DNA from: a virus
DNA: 64,000 bases
Strand: one strand, 5' to 3'
IMG/VR virus record: IMGVR_UViG_3300047470_000343
Coordinates: 29,786-93,785 of that record
This document shows positions 60,973 through 64,000 of this stretch, piece after piece; position 1 is the stretch's first letter; every line of letters begins with the position of its first letter. Both the position numbers and the translations under genes were made by a program. A model generated the notes under the pieces. That model did no database searches. It was not told the origin of the DNA and saw nothing but the letters and a program-made list of their open reading frames with translations.

Positions 60973-61338
60973 TCACGCCCCCTCGCCGCTCATCCATACG
61001 GCGATGGCCAGGAGGGCGCCGAAGGGGACAGACCAGGGGGTGAGCGTGTAGGCCGCGGCGGTCATCAGTGTCAGCCCGACAGTGAGGGGGCCGTAGCCGC
61101 GGTAGAGGCGTACCGGGCGCGGTACGGGGGGCTCCTTCTGGAGGAGGACCGACCCGCCGGCGGCCGCCATCGCTACGCCGATCAGGAATGCGACAGCGGG
61201 CGGTGATGCTGCGTAGAGGGCTCCCAGCAGGCCGACCGTCCCGACGCTGCCCAGGAGGAGGCCTGTCAGGTCGCGGGCGAGGCGACGCCGCAGTTCCCGG
61301 CGGCTGGGGAGCGGTTGTGACTGCGTTGGAGGATTCAC
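60973..61338 (-). CDS. Membrane protein upstream of the portal gene
   Basis: About four hydrophobic segments; probably leaderless GTG. Confidence 0.75.
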   Translation of the reverse strand: MNPPTQSQPLPSRRELRRRLARDLTGLLLGSVGTVGLLGALYAASPPAVAFLIGVAMAAAGGSVLLQKEPPVPRPVRLYRGYGPLTVGLTLMTAAAYTLTPWSVPFGALLAIAVWMSGEGA

Positions 61339-61345
61339 GCCGCGG

Positions 61346-61373
61346 ACCGTAAGAAGGGCCGCGGGTTTGCGTC
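61346..61373 (-). promoter_or_regulatory. Conserved promoter-like motif
   Basis: GACGCAAAC-13nt-TACGGT, 7 nt before the GTG. Confidence 0.75.
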
Positions 61374-61378
61374 CCGGG

Positions 61379-61537
61379 CTAGTCGCCCAGGTCGATCACC
61401 GCGTACGCGAATCCGCCCCAGGCCAGCGCGGCGACTATGAGGGTGACAGCTGCGGCGGCGCGGGCGTCACCGGTGTGCGAGAAGGTGAGTCCGCCGGAGA
61501 TGAGACCGCAGGCGAGACCGGCAAGGAAGACGCGCAT
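61379..61537 (-). CDS. Small two-TM membrane protein (52 aa, below the ORF-track cutoff)
   Basis: MRVFLAGLACGLISGGLTF...LIVAALAWGGFAYAVIDLGD; RBS AGGA. Confidence 0.65.
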   Translation of the reverse strand: MRVFLAGLACGLISGGLTFSHTGDARAAAAVTLIVAALAWGGFAYAVIDLGD

Positions 61538-61549
61538 GGGAAGGGGTTC

Positions 61550-61999
61550 CTATCGGGCGGGGCGGGAGACGCCGGAGACGTAGGCGCCGATACCGCGCCG
61601 CTGGATGGTGCCGCCGGGGATGAGCTTGGAGTTCGGGGGCGGCTCGGGGATCTTTCGCTTGGCGCGTACCGTCTGGTCGCCGCCGATCAGGTGCCGGTTG
61701 TCGATCAGGGCCTCGCAGTCCTCGCCGGAGACGTCCTCGTAGGGGCGGCGGCAGCCGCGGCAGTAGACCTCCAGCGCATCCACGCGGGTTCCGGCCGGGG
61801 CGGTGAAGCTGCCGCGGAAGTCCGCGGCCTTCGCGATCCGGTCCTCGACCTTGATCTCTGCGGCGACGATCCACACATGGGCGCGGGTGTCGATCTCGAC
61901 CGGCGCGGCCGGGGCCGGCGGGGGTGATTCCAGCGGCTCGTCGAAGAGGTCCGCGAACAGGCTCAGTTCCAGTTGGTCCCGCACTACCGCTGTTGTCAC
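61550..61999 (-). CDS. Hypothetical protein with a CxxC motif
   Basis: RBS GGAGGA before GTG 61999; VYCRGCRRPY...C...H. Confidence 0.75.
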   Translation of the reverse strand: MTTAVVRDQLELSLFADLFDEPLESPPPAPAAPVEIDTRAHVWIVAAEIKVEDRIAKAADFRGSFTAPAGTRVDALEVYCRGCRRPYEDVSGEDCEALIDNRHLIGGDQTVRAKRKIPEPPPNSKLIPGGTIQRRGIGAYVSGVSRPAR

Positions 62000-62106
62000 A
62001 GACGATCCTCCGGTATCGCAGTGGCCCCCCAGCGTCAACGCCTCGATGCCATATGGACGTAGTGACCGGCCAGGGCGTTACACCCGCCCGTTCAGGGCAG
62101 CAGAAA

Positions 62107-62145
62107 GCCCCGCCCATCCGCCGCGGGGGTGCGGGTGGGCGGGGC
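62107..62145 (-). terminator. Intrinsic terminator after the methyltransferase gene
   Basis: GCCCCGCCCATCCGC / GCGGGTGGGCGGGGC stem, followed by TTT on the minus strand. Confidence 0.75.
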
Positions 62146-62160
62146 CGTCAGGGGCAGCGG

Positions 62161-63246
62161 TCAGGGCGTGACCGGGAGCGCCCAACTGGGTCCGTCCGTG
62201 TCCTCGTAGTACACGGTCTGCCGGTTCGGTGTGATGTTCAGCAGGAAGGCGTCACGCGCGGGTTCGTCCCCGAAGATCTTCGCCAGATCCTCGACGGTGT
62301 CCCACAGCTTCTGCGGGCCGATCTGCCGCACGGCCCCGGAAGTGAGGACGGTGGCGGTGGAGCCGTCAGGAGTCCACAGCCCGACGCCGTGAAACTCCCC
62401 GCTGTCCGTGTACCACTGACACGACGTATAGCCGGGCAGCGCCAGTGACGCCGGGAACCGGAGCCGGCCGAGCAGCTCGGCCGGCGGGATGCTGGTCTCG
62501 GTGGGGCTCTCATGGAGCGCCGCGTCGAACTGCGGTGCTGATCCGCCGATGCGCCGCGTCATGAAGTGCGCCGGGATGGGCAGGAAGCGGCCGGTGGCGT
62601 GGCCGCGGCCGGTGAGGGTGACGCGGACGATGCCGTAGCCGAGCGGCGCCACGATGACGGCGCCGGGGGCCGCCTGCTCCAGGAGCGGTTTCGGGATGGA
62701 GTGCAGGCCCACGGTCGCGATGATGCGGTCGTAGGGGCCGTTGCGGTCGTAGCCCTGGGCGCCGTCGCCCACCACTGTGGTTGGGTTGAAGCCCGCTTGC
62801 CGCAACCGTCCGGCCGCCGCCTCGACGAGACCGGGGTCGATGTCGACGGTGGTCACGCTCCCATCGCCGAGCCGGTGGGAGAGCAGCGCCGCGTTGTACC
62901 CGGTGCCGGCCCCCAGCTCCAGAGCGCGGTCCCCGTCGCGTACGTCCAGGGCGTCGAGCATGGCCAGCATGATGGAGGGCTGACTGGAGGAGCTGCTGGG
63001 GACGCCGTGCTCGTCGAGCTGTGTGGTCAGGGCCGCGTCGCTGTAGACCGCTTCCAGGTATCCCGGGTCTTCCTGGGTGAGCTGCTGCCACTCCCCGGTG
63101 CTGTTCTGCTGGTAGAAGGCGGGCACGAAGAGGTGGCGGGGCACGGAGGCGAACGCGTCGCCCCACGCGCTGGGTTGGTTGGCCGTGAGGCTGTCGGCCA
63201 TGCGCTGTCGCGCGACAGTAGCGGTGCCGTCGTCGAGCAGGGTCAT
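62161..63246 (-). CDS. PIMT/PCMT-like O-methyltransferase of an ATP-grasp RiPP system
   Basis: VPRHLFVP, SSSSQPSIMLAML, LELGAGTGYNAALL, PYDRIIAT; ATGA-coupled to the ATP-grasp gene. Confidence 0.9.
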   Translation of the reverse strand: MTLLDDGTATVARQRMADSLTANQPSAWGDAFASVPRHLFVPAFYQQNSTGEWQQLTQEDPGYLEAVYSDAALTTQLDEHGVPSSSSSQPSIMLAMLDALDVRDGDRALELGAGTGYNAALLSHRLGDGSVTTVDIDPGLVEAAAGRLRQAGFNPTTVVGDGAQGYDRNGPYDRIIATVGLHSIPKPLLEQAAPGAVIVAPLGYGIVRVTLTGRGHATGRFLPIPAHFMTRRIGGSAPQFDAALHESPTETSIPPAELLGRLRFPASLALPGYTSCQWYTDSGEFHGVGLWTPDGSTATVLTSGAVRQIGPQKLWDTVEDLAKIFGDEPARDAFLLNITPNRQTVYYEDTDGPSWALPVTP

Positions 63247-64000
63247 GCGGTGGCTCCCATCAGATATGTGGCGTGTGCTGCGGCGATCGGCAGGCCGGTG
63301 CGGTTCTCGACCCATCCCCACGTCCCGGCGGGGTTGTTCTCGAAGAACACCCACCTTCCCGTGGGGGTCACGGCGAAGTCGAACGCCCCGAATGCGATGC
63401 GGTAGTGGGCGAGGAACCGGCCGACAGAGACCCTGACGTAGCCGGGAACGTCCACGGTGTCGTACACGATGTGTTCGTAGTCGGTGCGCCAGTCGGTACG
63501 GGCGGCTTCGCTCGTCGTGGTCAGCTTGCCGCCGAAGACCTGCCCGCCCACGGCGATCAGGCGTACCTCGAACTCCTTGGGGATGTCTTCCTGGAAGTAG
63601 TGGGCGGTGGTGCGGATGCTGTCGTCGAAGTCGGCCGGGTCGACGCGGTGGGTGGCCACCATCAGCTTGCGGTCTGCGCCGACGTCGAGCCGGCCGCCGA
63701 GGACCGGCTTGCAGATCAGCGGGCCGTCAACGTCCTTCGCGAAGGCTCGCGCGGCGTCCGGATCGTTCGTGATGATGCTGCGCGGCACCGTCATACCGCA
63801 GCGGGTTGCCGCGACGAGCTGCTGCGGCTTGTGCGCGGCGATGCGGTCGGAGTGCGGGTTGTTGATCCACGGCACGCCGGGCAGCGCGGCGAACACGTTG
63901 AGGATCGCGGCATCGGCCTGGTTCTGCGCCCACGTGGCGTACGGCTCGGGGACGGTGTCGGCGATGCGGGGACGTGGGGGGCCCCCCCCCCAGAACCGCC
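63243..64000 (-). CDS. tgmB: ATP-grasp ribosomal peptide maturase (MvdD/RimK-like), 5'-truncated
   Basis: WINNP, KPQQL..A...G..VPRSIITNDP, ICKP, FQEDIPK.FEVR, DWR, FGAFDF, WVFFENNPAGTW. Confidence 0.9.
   Translation of the reverse strand, partial: RFWGGGPPRPRIADTVPEPYATWAQNQADAAILNVFAALPGVPWINNPHSDRIAAHKPQQLVAATRCGMTVPRSIITNDPDAARAFAKDVDGPLICKPVLGGRLDVGADRKLMVATHRVDPADFDDSIRTTAHYFQEDIPKEFEVRLIAVGGQVFGGKLTTTSEAARTDWRTDYEHIVYDTVDVPGYVRVSVGRFLAHYRIAFGAFDFAVTPTGRWVFFENNPAGTWGWVENRTGLPIAAAHATYLMGATA

Larger units (their letters stand above)
1..62000. mobile_element. Temperate siphovirus-like element, probably a phage-plasmid (boundaries lie outside or are undefined in this window)
   Basis: Portal-protease-capsid-neck-tail-TMP-fibre-holin synteny on the minus strand, plus parA cassette, TA pair and repeat array; no integrase or att site seen. 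Confidence 0.85.

Noticed and set aside
63974-64000. G/C homopolymer runs at the window end
   Set aside because: They give GGGPP where ATP-grasp maturases usually have a W/Y-R-R-P motif; more likely low-quality end sequence than a phase-variable tract, and this cannot be resolved here.

Overview
High-GC actinobacterial DNA, probably Streptomyces-like. Nearly the whole window is the virion morphogenesis region of a siphovirus-type temperate phage, encoded on the minus strand: portal-MuF fusion, thermonuclease, a giant ~8,170-aa polyvalent protein (DarB-like adenine MTase + SNF2 helicase, plus a UvrD-like helicase), prohead protease fused to a 2H phosphoesterase, HK97-type capsid, head-tail genes, major tail, frameshifted tail chaperone, tape measure, minor tails, tail fibre and holin. 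Plasmid-type maintenance modules sit inside it on the + strand (parA plus a non-canonical partner flanked by three 27-bp palindromes; an RHH/Doc-like TA pair), and there is a dense 9-bp repeat array, so a phage-plasmid is likely. An ATP-grasp/PIMT-methyltransferase RiPP cluster begins at the right edge. Main unexpected signals: (1) the protease/scaffold C-terminal peptide recurs three times inside the giant protein, and E-x-K|A/S/T motifs recur across head proteins, suggesting a virion cargo-loading and release system; (2) a TnpV-like gene is nested out of frame inside the giant gene; (3) 17 copies of one bipartite promoter-like motif. No terminase, endolysin, integrase or rep gene was recognised. 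All family assignments come from motif recognition by eye, not database searches.
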